Below are positions 38,728 through 52,439 of a stretch of 64,000 bases of DNA, piece by piece. A program made the position numbers and the translations under genes. Each line of letters opens with the position of its first letter. Within the stretch, counting starts at the first letter, position 1. Under the pieces are notes generated by a model. The model did no database searches. It had not been told where the DNA came from and worked only from the letters and a program-made list of their open reading frames with translations. The DNA is from Octopus sinensis (taxonomy: Eukaryota), in contig NC_042998.1 of NCBI RefSeq assembly GCF_006345805.1, forward strand, positions 169,136,001 to 169,200,000, written 5' to 3'.

Positions 38728-39339
38728 GTTCAACGTAACCATCGTCCATCCTTCTTTTCCTCACGTGTCCATCTTTCTTTTCTTGCACAACGTTCTAAGA
38801 ACTGAACGTCTTCTATCTCTCTCTTCTGTCTTTTCCCTTTGCAAAGAAAATATTTGTCCCAGCGTTCACTATTCCCCTCGTTCTAGTCTAACGGTCATCC
38901 ATGTTTGTTTTCGTTCAGTTTCCTTATATATCTCCACTGTCCTGTTTTTGTTACCAACTTTGACCCTCCATAAATCCGAAATTTTATTTTGGAAGTTATG
39001 AGAGCAACTGTTTTCGAAGACAAGAACGCAAAACATCCAGACAACTAGGTGATACAAAAAGGACAACAAAACATCCAGATAGACGATACAAAAAAAAAAC
39101 AAGGACGAGTCATTAGAAGCTTTCTATCCTCAGTCAAAAACCAGATCATCCTCGCAATTTCGGCTATTTAATCTTGAGATTGCTCCAATCTGGCCAGCCC
39201 CAAGGAAAAACTAAGCTAAGAGCATTAGAATCATTAGAAGAAAGCATCGAATGTATACAAAAACAAAGACGGGAAAACAGACAATGTTACACAAATATAA
39301 TACAATAAATACAATAAAACTAATAACAGGACATAACAA

Positions 39340-39515
39340 CAGGTGTCTTTCGACTGGGGACGAACAGGTTTCTTCCAGTTTCTGTCAACCAAATCCACTC
39401 ACGAGGCTTCGGTCGGTCCGAGGCTATAGTAGAAGGCACTTACCCAAGGTGCCACTGAATCTTGAACCATGTGGTAGGGAAGCAAGCTTCTTACCACACA
39501 GTCACGCCTGCGCCT
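39340..39515 (-). mobile_element. SINE family B head + CORE
   Basis: aaatccactcacgaggcttcggtcggtccgaggctatagtagaaggcacttacccaaggtgcc...cacacagtcacgcctgc. Confidence 0.88.
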
Positions 39516-39536
39516 ATAATATATATATTTATATAT

Positions 39537-39593
<57 letters not shown>

Positions 39594-39615
39594 GAGAGAG
39601 AGAGAGAGATTTTTG

Positions 39616-40173
39616 AAAATGCACCTAAATTTGGAAAATTTGTAATTGTTTAAAATACGTTTATTTACACATATTACCAATCTAGTTTCAACAATATTTT
39701 TTGTTTATGAATTAAAAAAAAACATCTTTAAAAGTTTCAATGTTGGCAAATTAAAATGTTCATAAGAGACAAATTTAGAATTATGAATTAGGAGGACAGG
39801 TATAGGAATTTCAGTGTTGACAGGTTTAAATGTTATAGCAGTCAATAATATTAAAACTGTACATCAATTTGTTTGAATGTACAAAGCTCATTAGTGTTAG
39901 TAGTAATCGACAAGAAATGAATATCATCGAAGTTTCAGTCATACTGAGTTAAGAAGGGAAAAAACAAGGGAGAAATGAAGAAAGTAAAAAAAGGGAATTT
40001 GGTTTACAGTTTCACTGATCCTCTTTCCTAGAAACTTTTAAAGATGTTTTTCTGATTCATAATTTAAAACTTTTACCATTGATAAACAAAAAATATTGTT
40101 GAAACTAGTTTGGTATATATGTAAATAAATGTATTTTAAACAATTACAAGTTTTCCAAATTTAGGAGCATTTT
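39616..40173. mobile_element. About 560-bp MITE with about 120-140-bp AT-rich TIRs
   Basis: aaaatgcacctaaatttggaaaatttgtaattgtttaaaatac...ctagtttcaacaatattttttgtttat versus the reverse complement ending at 40173. Confidence 0.85.
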
Positions 40174-40231
40174 TAACAACAAATTTGCCTATATTTTTCC
40201 CTGCGTGGAAACACACACCACCTTTTGTTAT

Positions 40232-40338
<107 letters not shown>

Positions 40339-40639
40339 AGAGAGACTTTTCGTAAATATATATATTAAAACAGGAATTGGTAAAATGGCACTATTTACTC
40401 ACTATTACACTTGTTTCATTTACTGATATCAGTAACAAAATTATGAATGGGGGGGGGGAAACATGTAAGGTATCTCATAGAACTTTTTTCAAACAGAGAA
40501 TCAAATAATATTATTTGATTCTCTGTCAGGAGAAATTCTAATAAGAGATATCTTACATGTTTTTCCTTCATGTACAATTTTTATTACTCCCATTAGCATA
40601 TGAAGCACGTGCAATAGTGAATAAATAGTGCCAAAAGTT

Positions 40640-40721
40640 TTCTCCAATCTCCTGTTTTGATGTGTAGGTGGTGATGGCGGGACAAACGCAGACACAGCCA
40701 CACACGCACGCACACCCACAC

Positions 40722-40798
<77 letters not shown>

Positions 40799-40802
40799 AA
40801 AG

Positions 40803-40854
<52 letters not shown>

Positions 40855-41010
40855 GATACATACATACATACATACATACATACATACATACATACATACA
40901 TGTATATATATGGTCGGCCCAAGGGTATAGTAGAAGACACTTGCCCAAGGTGCCACGCAGTAGGACTGAATCCGGAAGCCTATGGTTGGGAAGCAAGTGC
41001 GTCTTACAGT
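40640..41010 (-). mobile_element. SINE family B with expanded internal (AGAT)/(ATAC) repeat
   Basis: CORE ctatagtagaagacacttgcccaaggtgccacgcag-like sequence at about 40925-40960, and the tail fragment near 40660-40720. Confidence 0.8.
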
Positions 41011-41099
41011 CATATATATATATGCAAGCTTGCGTGTATGTATGTATGTTATAATTCTTTCTACTATTGGTACAGGGCGTGAAATTTGGGAAGAGTGTG

Positions 41100-41265
41100 T
41101 GGACTTGTCGATCACATCCATCCCAGTGCTTAACTGGTACTTAATTTATCGACCCCAAAAGGATAAAAGGCAAAGTAGACCTCGACGGTATTTGGACTCC
41201 GAACGTAAAGGCAGACGAAATGACGCTTAACATTTTGTCTAGCCTGCTAACAGTTCTGCCATCTT
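41100..41265 (-). mobile_element. SINE family A
   Basis: taactggtacttaatttatcgaccccaaaaggataaaaggcaaagtagacctcg. Confidence 0.85.
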
Positions 41266-41919
41266 TCTGTGGTATGTCGTGTTATAATAAAGACAATTAT
41301 GCATCAAACTGAAGGATGGCTCAATGCTTTCTTGTAGAGTGCATATTTATCATGATTTAACTAAAATGGTGATCACAGTGACTTTAAAGTATCGACCTGC
41401 TTAGTCTAATTAAGGCTATGCGAGACAAATCATCGAAGTCACTTTCAACACTGTTCTTGTTTAAAATTAATTTTTAACATGTGTGGAGTGGTATACGTAA
41501 GTTTATTTACGCCGACGAATGAGAAAGAAGCACTCTACACGTGTTTTAGAGGATATGGTTTTATTTAGATTGAAACTTTGTCACGCGACCCGAGTTTTAC
41601 GTCACAGTGATCATCAGGCGAGAACTGTTACAACTTGGTACTGAGGGTGTATTTATAGCTTTTGGTGTGTAGTGTGGTGTGTGGTGTGGTGTGGTATGTG
41701 TGTGTTTATGTGTGGGGGGTGCGTGTGTGCGTGTGCACGCTCGCGCACAAGTGCTTGTGTTTGTTCGTTGGTTTGCAGTTCATGTTCTTTGAACGGGTAC
41801 TGTTTTCCTGGCACCCTTCATTCGCTGTTTATGACGTTGTTGCATTGTGTGTGTGTGTGAGTGTGTGTGTTTGTGTGTGTGTATGTGTGTGTGTGTGTGC
41901 TTGTGTGTATGTGTGTGTA

Positions 41920-41978
<59 letters not shown>

Positions 41979-43702
41979 TATGATGTGATGTTTGTATTTT
42001 TTGTAATTGTTGGTGCGAAGGCATGTTATTAAATGAAATATGTTGGTGAGTTAGGGATTGGACATGCTTTTTGGCAGTATTCAAAGTGGTAAATGTTTTG
42101 AGAAATGGGTTTAGCTGTAAAACTAATTTAGAATACATCTATTTCGACTAGCTATATCCCTAATGAATGGTATTTTAACGGATGAGTAATTTTTTTATGT
42201 TGTGTTGGTAATGATTTACAGTGGGCTGTTTTGTGAGTAAAAAAAAAGCATCTGCTTTTTATAAAAGACAGAGAGGGAAGAGACAGATTCCGACAGGTAA
42301 TCCTAGTAATCCACAATGATAAATAACTTCTTGTTATATACAGAGAAGCGATACTCGGTGTGTATTGCCTTCGTATAACATGAACAAAAGTTTATAATTC
42401 TCAATTGGATGCTCTCCCCATTGGTCAGTAGTCATGTATACTGTTGGAACAGGATCTGTTTGTCAGCGAAACAGAATCAGGAGAGCAAAAAGTTTTCTTT
42501 GATTTCTATAGGTAGAAAGCAGCGAATTTAAGTGGGAGTTTTAGCTCTGCTCTGCATGTCCTGATTAAACAGTTCAGCAACTTAACCTTACGTGTGTGTA
42601 TGTTTGTTTAAACTCGTATGTGTTTATATATTTGTATGTATGTGTGTGTGTGTGTGTGTGAGTGTTTTCAGTTTAATTCACCTCCTCATAAATTGTTCAA
42701 CTGTTATTGTTGTTTGGTCCCAAATCAATACTGAATGAACAGACCTATGAACAAAACTTACCTGCCGTTTGGGGGATTTCTAGGGCTACATATCTAATAT
42801 TTCCTTCTCATTTTTAAGATATTGGAGTGTATTTGAGTGATATCTTGCTGTTATTTTTACCAGATCAAGTATAGACCTGATTGCTATAAGAAATCTCGTA
42901 GTGAGTTATGCAGGCAGTGACTCAGTTTCAACACGCAACTCCATCCTGGCACTGGTCGAAAGTCTAAATTTATATTTTTCTTTACCGATCTATGAAGAAT
43001 ATATATGTAAATGCACGAGGGGAGAGCAATAGTCTTACTTTTCCTTTCCAAATAATATTGATTTCACTGATTGGCCCAAACTATCGTTATTACTACGGAA
43101 TTTGCGCAGATATGTGTGTATGTATTATGTAATTGTGTAATATATTAAAGGTTGCATGGGACAAGACAGGGGAGTATCTATGTGGTCATGCAACCTGCTA
43201 GAAATAGTAACCTTAAAGAGGTACGAATAAACTCCGTAATATTATTTCGAGATATTCCTGAAAAGACAGACAGGATGGGTATAATCAGATTGTTTTGACT
43301 ACAAATCTTCTAAATCAGGATTGACCTTGAGTTAAGCAACAACTTTCACTCATACACACACATAGAGGTGGGCGTGTATATAATATGTGTGTGTTTGTAT
43401 GTATGTGCCATTTGTAAGGAGTAGTAGGAGTTGATATTAAGACATAATACTAATATTGAAATTATACCTTAACAAACACAAAGATCGGCACAAAAGCATA
43501 AGGAAACACCATTGAATTTGGTACAGTTGGAACTTAAACATATATATTCATATTTATATTATTTGCACATATTCGCATATATGCGCACTTTTTTAAATAG
43601 CTTAGTCAAAGAAGGAACGCGAGCGCCCATGGTCCCTTTAGGGCTTCTAAGACCAGTGAACGGAAAGTAGAGGGTTACTTTAAGACAAGGAACCTGGTCT
43701 AT

Positions 43703-44323
43703 AGCAACAGGCGTGGCCGTGTCGTAAGAAGGTTGCATCTAACTACATCGTTCCTGCTTCAGTCCCACTGCGTATTTTGGGCAAGTGTCTTCAACTGTAG
43801 CCTCGTGTTGACCAAAGCCTTGAGAGTGGATTTGGTGAACAGTAAACTTCGTACGTTTTGAATTCGTTAGTACTGGTGGTCGAAGGTGGTTCGTCTGGGA
43901 TTACTCAAAACAGACGGGTATGTTCGATTTTTAGTGCTCTCAAATTTAAACTTTATCGAATTCTTGGGCTGATGACAGGAATGTTGATATAGGTATGTAT
44001 TTCTAGCATATCTATATCTAACTAACCCAGAAACGGCGTTCTCAAGTAATCGATGTACGAGCGATCTTTCGTTATTTTTCCCTCTATACCTACGTGACTT
44101 GTTTTTGAGTATACATTGTCTGGGAGACTCTTCTTATAGTAGAGGAAATAGCTAAATTCTTTGGCTGCTATTTCTAAAAGTTCGGTGTGTGGTAAAGTAA
44201 ATTTTTTTGCTGAACCCTAATTATATAAAGTAATGTTTTAAATATACCGTAAATGGTCTTTTTACTGCTTGGTAAAATTATTAATTACTAATTAATTAAT
44301 TTTACCCTTATTATTATTGACAA

Positions 44324-44381
<58 letters not shown>

Positions 44382-44590
44382 GTATGTATTATGTAGGCGG
44401 GAGGGAGGGGAGGTGCGCGTGTGCGTCTGTCTTTGTATCTGTGTACGTCCCGCACCATCGCTTGGCAGCCGATAGAATAGGGGCAGGCTAATAAAAATAA
44501 ATAAATACTGGGATCGATTCGTTCAACTAAAACTCTTCAAGGCGGTGCCCTAGCATGGCCACAGTCTAATGACTGAAGCAAGAAAAAGGG
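43703..44590 (+). mobile_element. SINE family B split by an about 470-bp insertion (head/CORE 43703-43847; (TA)n and tail about 44320-44590)
   Basis: caggcgtggccgtgtcgtaagaagg...gggcaagtgtcttcaactgtagcc head and CORE; tail ...ctgggatcgattcgttcaactaaaactcttcaaggcggtgccctagcatggccacagtc. That both halves belong to one copy is an inference. Confidence 0.6.
43955..44054 (+). ncRNA. Extended type I hammerhead ribozyme candidate HH-D
   Basis: Stem I atcgaattcttggg/ctcaagtaatcgat pairs at 12 of 14 positions. CTGATGA is at 43969-43975. The long stem II includes 12 bp gatataggtatg/catatctatatc. GAAA is at 44030-44033, stem III is acg-g-cgt and the site is GUU (44038-44040). Confidence 0.6.
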
Positions 44591-44855
44591 AAAATGTAAA
44601 AGATAAATGCTTACAACAGAGTAAATTCCGCTAGAGACATCCATTGGTTCTAGTGACAGCGATAAACCGGTCACTAGATTAAACCTACCACCCAAGACAA
44701 GTATAGCTTCCCCGATAGGTTTCCATACATTTTCTGTCAACAAATTTCACTCATGAGATTTTGGTAGGAAACATTAGATCAAAGTGCTGAGAAATGAGAT
44801 CGAACCAGGAACTACGTACATGAAAACTGAGCTTCATAATCACATAGTTATACCT

Positions 44856-45086
44856 ATTTCTTTATTACCCACAAGAGGCTAAACACAGAGGGGACAAACA
44901 AGGACAGACATAGGTATTAAGTCGATTACATCGACACCAGTGCGTAACTGGTACTTAATTTATCGACCCCGAAAGGATGAAAGGCAAAGTCGACCTCGGC
45001 GGAATTTTAACTCAGAAAGTAACGCAGACGAAATACCGCTAAGCATTTCGCCCGGCATGCTAACGTTTCTGCCAGCTCGCCGCCTT
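44856..45086 (-). mobile_element. Young full-length SINE family A with 20-bp TSD
   Basis: TSD ataatcacatagttatacct is at 44836-44855 and 45087-45106. Confidence 0.96.
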
Positions 45087-45565
45087 ATAATCACATAGTT
45101 ATACCTGAGGATATGTACACATAAACGCGCATATGTAAATATATACACATTATCCGTGTATTTTATATGCATAAATGTATTTTGCACATAGTTGCCGCAA
45201 ATTTACATGTAATCGTCCAAACACATGCGTGTATCCGAGCATGCACAAAATTACATCATAGGTTTACTTGTATTCATATCGCATATATAAATATAATGGT
45301 GTTATTATCACATGAATGCAAGTGTATGTGTGGGTGTGCGCGGGCGTGTGTGCATGGATATATACATGTACAAACACGCGTGCGCACACGTACACACACA
45401 CAGACACACACTCACACACGCAGGTAACATATAGGCACATGCGCATACACACATTCTTTTATATATACATATATATGCAATATATACAACATACAATATA
45501 TACGTTTAATATATATATTATATATATATAGGTGTGTCCTTAAGAGAGATGCCAAGGAATTGTTT

Positions 45566-45638
<73 letters not shown>

Positions 45639-45774
45639 GAGAGAGAGAGAGAGAGAGATTAATGTTTGTTTTTATGTTCAGTTATAATAAAAACAATTTT
45701 AGATTAATCTGATGAGGTTACTCTACACTTTTGAAGAGTACATTTTTTTAATTCTTAAACAAGAATGTTGTTGA

Positions 45775-45817
45775 CTGTGACTTCGAAGATACGGCCAGCT
45801 AAGTCATCGTGGGACAG
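45775..45817 (-). ncRNA. Hammerhead-like motif, family HH-A copy 3 (core degenerate)
   Basis: Minus strand: ctgt CCCACGA t gacttagctggcc GTAT cttcgaag TC acag. Confidence 0.45.
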
Positions 45818-45867
45818 CGATGCATTGAAGTTTAGCTAGGCTTTATTTAGTTTCACACACACACACA

Positions 45868-45910
<43 letters not shown>

Positions 45911-47607
45911 TATATATATACTCATATACATGTGCGTTTGTGCGCGCACATACGTATATATATATATACATATGTGTGTGTGTGTGCGTGTGTGTATTTA
46001 GAAAGAGAGACAGAGAGAGATTTATAATATATATATATATAGTATTAGGAATATTTAAATTATGCTATATCGATTTGGCTATTCAGCGCAAACAATTATT
46101 ATCGCTAACCTAGGGTAAGTATATGCGTGCATATACATATATCTGTGTCTGTGCGTGTGTGAGTGCATGCATATATGCACACGTATCCACCATAGGTGTA
46201 GCAACAAAGTATATATGATATGTGTATATGATATTTTTGGAGAATACGCATATTTATGATAAGCAAAATGTTAAAAGCCAATTGCAATTTCAACAAAAAA
46301 AAAAGAAAATCTAGTTTCTATTTATAAACCGTAGACACTATCGAAACCATTCTCATGCAAGCGTATATACATTATATATACATGTGTACGGTCGTGCGTA
46401 CGTGTAGGCGGGCGGGCGTGCGCGTGCATATGTTCGCGTGCGTGGGGGTACATGTGTCTGTGAGCGTGTGAGCGTGTGTGGGAGTGAATGCCTGTCGGTT
46501 TAATGAGCAGAGTGTATGTTTTATTAATTTGTAATTGCTGCATTTATTTTTATTATTTTTTTTCATTTCATCATTTATTGACATTTTGCTTTAATAAACA
46601 TAAATTTTTCATTGCTTTTGTAAACTGAAAGAAAAGTTGTTGCTTTGAGTTTTACTGAAATGCTTCTCTCTTCATTTCGTGTTTGTTTGTTTGCTTTCTA
46701 TTTTGTAACTTCTAAACTATTTATATAAAATGTATAAGCCTTCATTTGCTCTCGCAAAATTTCTAAATTGCTCCCAATTCAACTATTTAATCTCATTAGA
46801 AAATTATACTGTACATAGCAAAATGTTTTAAACACCTATTTCATATTAAAACTATATCACACAATAAAATTCTAAACATTTATACAACGCTTTATATTGA
46901 ATTAATATAATCGATATAATTAATGTAATTAGATTGGATTAATATAATCTTAAACAGAAACTTTCTTTAAAAAATTATAAGGGGGGGAACCTAACTTGTA
47001 TGTTTCTATTTTGTTTTATTCTTTGATGACGGGGCGGGGTGAGTTACAACATAATTGTCAAAACTTAATATGACTATTACTAAGAACTTTTAATTTACCT
47101 TTATGAAACTTATGGAAGTAGTTTATAAAGCTAACAGTACTTTATAAAATTCAGAATTCTTATTTCCAGATTTAATGAATACAAAGGACATGTTAGATTT
47201 TAATGACACAGTTTTAGTGATAGATTTATATCATAATATTAATAATTACAAAAATTTGATTAATTTATATGCGAAAATGCTTTGTTTTCTCTTTTAGAAG
47301 CTGACATAAAAAAAGAAAAAAATATTGTTTCTGTATTTTTTAATACACATCCTAATGCTCAGTTAACACCAAGGTGCGAATATTTAAAATAATAAAATAC
47401 ATCAATAATGCTTTGCTTTTGTTTCTTCTTCTTTTTTTTTTTTTTTGTTCAAAAAGAGAAATTCGTAAAATCGTTAAATGTTGTATTCACACCCAAAAGC
47501 TACAGAACAAAATTTCTACATAGCGCAACAAAAAATAATTACTTAATACGATGATGAAAATACATATATCACATGTTTATACGTTCAGGTTATTTGTATA
47601 TAATATT

Positions 47608-47611
47608 ATTA

Positions 47612-47657
<46 letters not shown>

Positions 47658-47710
47658 CATCATCATCATCAACATCATTATTATTATTATTATTATCATC
47701 ATCATCATCA

Positions 47711-47761
<51 letters not shown>
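47608..47761. repeat. (ATT)n/(ATC)n trinucleotide repeat
   Basis: Direct reading; the source of the poly-I/poly-L ORFs. Confidence 0.98.
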
Positions 47762-47762
<1 letters not shown>

Positions 47763-47999
47763 GTCATGCAACTTCTACGCTTATAGAAAATATTTTTTTT
47801 AAATGGTAAATTAAAACTGTGCATGATGAATATTACGATGTTGTTATTGTAGTAAATACACTGCAGTTCGCTGCTGCATCATGTGCAGAATAAATTCTAA
47901 TAAATCAATGATTGACAGGAGTGCTTCACAAATAAAACTTACAAGTTCGCATTTAAATGTATAGACTAAATGAATGCATAAATATATATATATGCGTAT

Positions 48000-48484
48000 A
48001 CACATATAAGTGTAAATGCATATGCATGAACATTTCTTTGTTTCCCTCTCTCTCTCTATCTCTCTCTCTCTCTCTCACTCTATTTATCTATCTACCTCTG
48101 TTTCTGTCTCTCTCTCTCTCTCTCTCTTTCTCTTTCGCACTTACAAATACGCATAAACGTATATAAATATATATATAAACATCTATAAAATATATATATA
48201 TACATACACAAACATACACATATACATACTTGTATATATGTGCATACACACACACACATAGACTTGCACATGTATGCACACACACACATACACACATGTA
48301 AGTACGCACATATACATGCATATATAGTTTATGTATATACATATACATATGCGTATGTAAGTATATATGTACAGACATATAAATATACATATGCAAACGT
48401 ATATTATTATATGCATACATGTACATAAGTATATACGAATATATATACGTATCTATATACTATGTATACATATATTTGTATATG

Positions 48485-48539
<55 letters not shown>

Positions 48540-48670
48540 GCACACACATAACTATATGCATAGATTTATATACATAGATATAAATATCTACATACAATAG
48601 ATATACATATATACATACATACATATATACATGCATACATACATACATACTACATACATACATACATACA

Positions 48671-48701
<31 letters not shown>

Positions 48702-48800
48702 GCATATACACACATACATATACATTTGCATATAGATATGCATGCAGATATGCATGCTGATATACATACATATAAGCAAACATATATGTATACAACATAT
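48000..48800. repeat. Compound (CT)/(TA)/(CA)/(CATA) microsatellite block
   Basis: Direct reading. Confidence 0.95.
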
Positions 48801-50349
48801 TGTTATAAATTTAAAATTTATATTAATACACTCATCAAATGTTACACATAAAAGCAAATAAATGCAGACGAATTCTGCACACTCATGCACACCTATGCAT
48901 TTAGACATGCTCATAGAATATACTTTAAAATTACCTACCTCAACGGAGCCACAGAAAAATAGTTAAGTCATCAATCGAATGCAATAGAACTAAACATGCA
49001 CGTTGTTAGCAACATACAAGCATACTACCGCACTGTCTGTTCACTGCGGCCGATACCTCAGCAGCTGTAACTGAGCGAGGACATATAACCTTTTCTCCTA
49101 TATCTTGTTCAACTGGCTATTCATGACTTCCACCGTTGTCCAACCGCAGTGTGTAGTCTGTCTAACTACATATTATTCATTTTAACGTCTTCCCTCTAAC
49201 AGTTTTTTTTTCTGTTCGGTGTGCTGTTATTTGTTACTATCTTTACATCTGTCTATCCATCTGTCACTCCAGCGATCTATCCATGTACGCTTCCTTTCAT
49301 TTGTTTAATATGAATCGATTGATTTGTTTACTCATTTATTTGTTTATTGTTTTTAATATGTTGTTGCTATTTTTAAGTCTACTACATCATATCAACAGAT
49401 ATCGGCTGTGATAGCTGATAGAGTTTATCCCTATGTGAAGGAGACATAGGTTTTTCAGTTCGAAATCCGATAACGCCTCTCTTTGTTTGGACAGGCATGG
49501 ATTGAAAGTGAATGCAAGGCCTACGATAGTGAAACAAACAGCCCTCGGGGAATAAATATAATCATGCTGACTCAATTATCACAGGTGGAAAGCAAATTTA
49601 GCATGTGACAGATTTATATCACTATCTCTTTTAATGTCATTAGAAACAGTTTTGTTATTTTTTCCTCCTCATTGGGTTTTGTACACGTTGCTTTGTTCAT
49701 TTTATTTGGGGTATTTTTATTACTCAAAATGTTTTGAAGATCAGTAGAAACGATGTATATACTAAATAGAAACTAGAAAAGTTGTTGAAACAGAATACTT
49801 TTGGTGTAACAAAATCATCAAATTCTCAAGCTGTCAAAAGTGTAACGAAGATGTGCTAGGGTGTCACATATATTGCTTTGTTATCACCGTGTTTCTGAAC
49901 TTTGATGGGTTCTCATTGACCATATCCTAAAGAAAGCTAATGATATTTGATCTTGGCGGGTAGAGAAACAAACCAAAATTGTGTGTCCTAAAATAAAATG
50001 TGCTAATAAAAACTGAAAGACTGAATCAACATTAACATATAAGGCTAAAACAATAGGCTCATTTTTTTAAAAAATATTTCGGGAATACGATTGAAATATA
50101 GGTTGAATTACTATTAGGAATAAAGGCTTGAATGTGACTAACTTTCAGTGTAATATGTTTAGCTTTAATGTACAATTGTCACATGTATTGTGAGAAACAG
50201 ATGTGGCTTGTCGATCTGAAGCACATTTATGAAGTGTCTCTCAGGGAATTAATTTTGTTAGGTATTTTTCCTATGGCCTAAAATGCTTTTGAAGTTAAAC
50301 CCTCTTTACAGAACGATAGAAAGACCCCAAGTTCTCGTCAATGCTACAA

Positions 50350-50620
50350 ATGAAAGGTTTAAAGATTCTTCTTACCCTCCCCTACCGTTCCCACCAGTTT
50401 TGCTCACCTAGCTACCGAGTCTACACGATAAGAACATCGGGTATGTTGTCTACTTTGTCAAGTAGACCACGATCTCAAACTACTATTCTAACACCCAAAT
50501 ACATATGTGCATCTCAAGTCCGACAAACAAAAATGCATTCTCACACAAATAGTTACCTCTTCAAACATAGTGATGCACATCATTGCGGTCTGAATCCATT
50601 TTTTCCACATCTGCTGTGAC
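50350..50620 (+). mobile_element. Possible Penelope-like fragment (linker and start of GIY-YIG)
   Basis: KILLTLPY...NSYLFKHSDAHHCGL...*PQ loosely follows the LPY...N.IY.F.C.C...Y.G.T..R..EH pattern. Confidence 0.3.
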
Positions 50621-52439
50621 CACAACCAGAATCTGCAGGATTGGAGAACTGGACGAGATAGCGGAGAGAATTCATGCCCAGACTGTAATACTCCGTAGCA
50701 TATAATTTATCACTGCATGTCACAGTATGCATTATGGTTCTCAACGAGACAGAGTCATTATATATCTGAAACAAAAGATATATGCGTTACGCTTAGCTGT
50801 TCGATGGGCTATCTGCATTCCACGAAAGCATTCAAAGCTGACCAGAAAAACAATTACCTTCCGGACCAACCCCCATTTCTGTTTTGTTCGTATTTAGTCC
50901 CCCGATTTTCCGAAATATTTCATGAAGGCCACGACATATCAGGAGTCCATTTCTGTCGGTCTTTATTATTCTGATCTCAGAAATCTTCCCCTACTATACA
51001 CAAATTCTAAGACATTTGGTTCGGCTTCCCGAACTGCAGTTTTACTTCTGTATAAAACAATATTTCAGTTACATCAAACATGTAATATTTACGTTTAGTC
51101 AAAAAAGTATTCAATTTCCAACTTAATGTCTATCTTTTTTAGGTTGTCTAGCTTTTTGGTTTTATGACAGAGGCAACCAGTCTTTTGTCAAGAATTTCCC
51201 TAAGGAAATATAATCTCTTTTTACAGTATTGACATATTTTCTATATCGTCATGAAGGTGAGGTCGTGCTGAATTATTCCGATAACTACAAATGCAAATAT
51301 CTTCCTTTCCTTCTCATCCTTTCTCTTAACGCTTTCCTTCGCATTCCTATTCTGGTCACTTGCATCAATGTTTCTAATTACCCTGTTGTCTTTATTGCTA
51401 AAGTTGTAGTGTAGCCTCAGGTCACTTCTAAAATCGAGTAAACCCTGTCATTTCACCAGCCTAAAATTATATCATCAAATATGTCTTCCGTTTGCTAAGA
51501 TGGCAGGGTTATGACCTGGAAAAAATTTGGCTACTATTTCTAGATGATCACCATGTAAAAGTTTCTTTGTTGGCTCACTGATATACTGTTGTTCGTGTTT
51601 ATTCTCAGGTCGTCTCTGATTGAGCAGATATATGATCCAAAGCATTCCAGCCTTGACCAATCCTTGTTTTTCCTTCGTGCAGGGAACCCTGGATCACACT
51701 ATTCAACGTTTCTTTTTCTAAAGCAGTTCGGGGTAGATTTCATGAGAATTTAGCTGCTATATCTAGCAGGTTTTGTAACCATATAGAGACCCACTTGTTG
51801 GCTTGATCATGATTGTTATTAACGTAAGTGTTTTTGCTGTCGACATTCAGCTGTTGCCGATTTTATTTGTTTTTCTTTTGCTTTCTTGAGTGTGTGTATG
51901 CACGTATATGTATGTGTGTTTGTAATTGTGTGTGTGTGCGTGTGCGCGCATGTGCAAGCGTATGTGCATGCGTATGTATGTGCATGTGTGTGTTTATGCA
52001 TGTTTGTGAGTGCGCGTGGGGTTTTGGAGTGGGTTAACTCTCACTTTTTGTACTGCCGGAGGCTGTAATGTGTTGGTGAGTCTCTTCTGTTCAGTCAGAT
52101 AACCTTTTCGCATACTATTTGTACTAATGGCTTCGTTTACTTTTTATTTTATTTTTTATTTTATTTTCCTCGGAAGAAGAACATAGGCAGCTGACATTGT
52201 AATGCAAAATATCATCCATTGTCACCACTAAAGTAATCAGTCTGCAAAATTGTTAGTCTTCATTTCAGAAACAAATGACAAACGTTCTTAACCAGAATTG
52301 TTATAGATAAAATAACAATTCAACTTTCTACCTTCTCATCCTCGATATAAAGCTCAAACTCAGCAAATCTAACTAACGTTAGACTGTCTAGAAATCGTAC
52401 AACAAAACAGCATCTTGGGGTGCACACCCTCTAATTATT

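Noticed and set aside
41570-41620. Minus-strand CTGATGA-tcac...gtga-CAAA hammerhead-like motif
   Set aside because: GAAA is broken and no stem I or III could be built. At most it is a relic.
45709-45745. Plus-strand CTGATGA with a tactct/agagta hairpin
   Set aside because: There is no GAAA, and it lies antisense to the HH-A-bearing repeat.
47280-47330. Polypyrimidine tract + AG (tttgttttctcttttag) as a host exon start
   Set aside because: No credible open frame or donor site follows, so it cannot be supported without RNA data.
47551-47809. Poly-Ile/Leu/Ser ORFs resembling membrane proteins
   Set aside because: They are (ATT)n/(ATC)n repeat translations.
50700-51700. Possible LINE endonuclease or RT on the minus strand (FDDIILGW)
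   Set aside because: It is an isolated motif with no supporting neighbours, so I left it unassigned.
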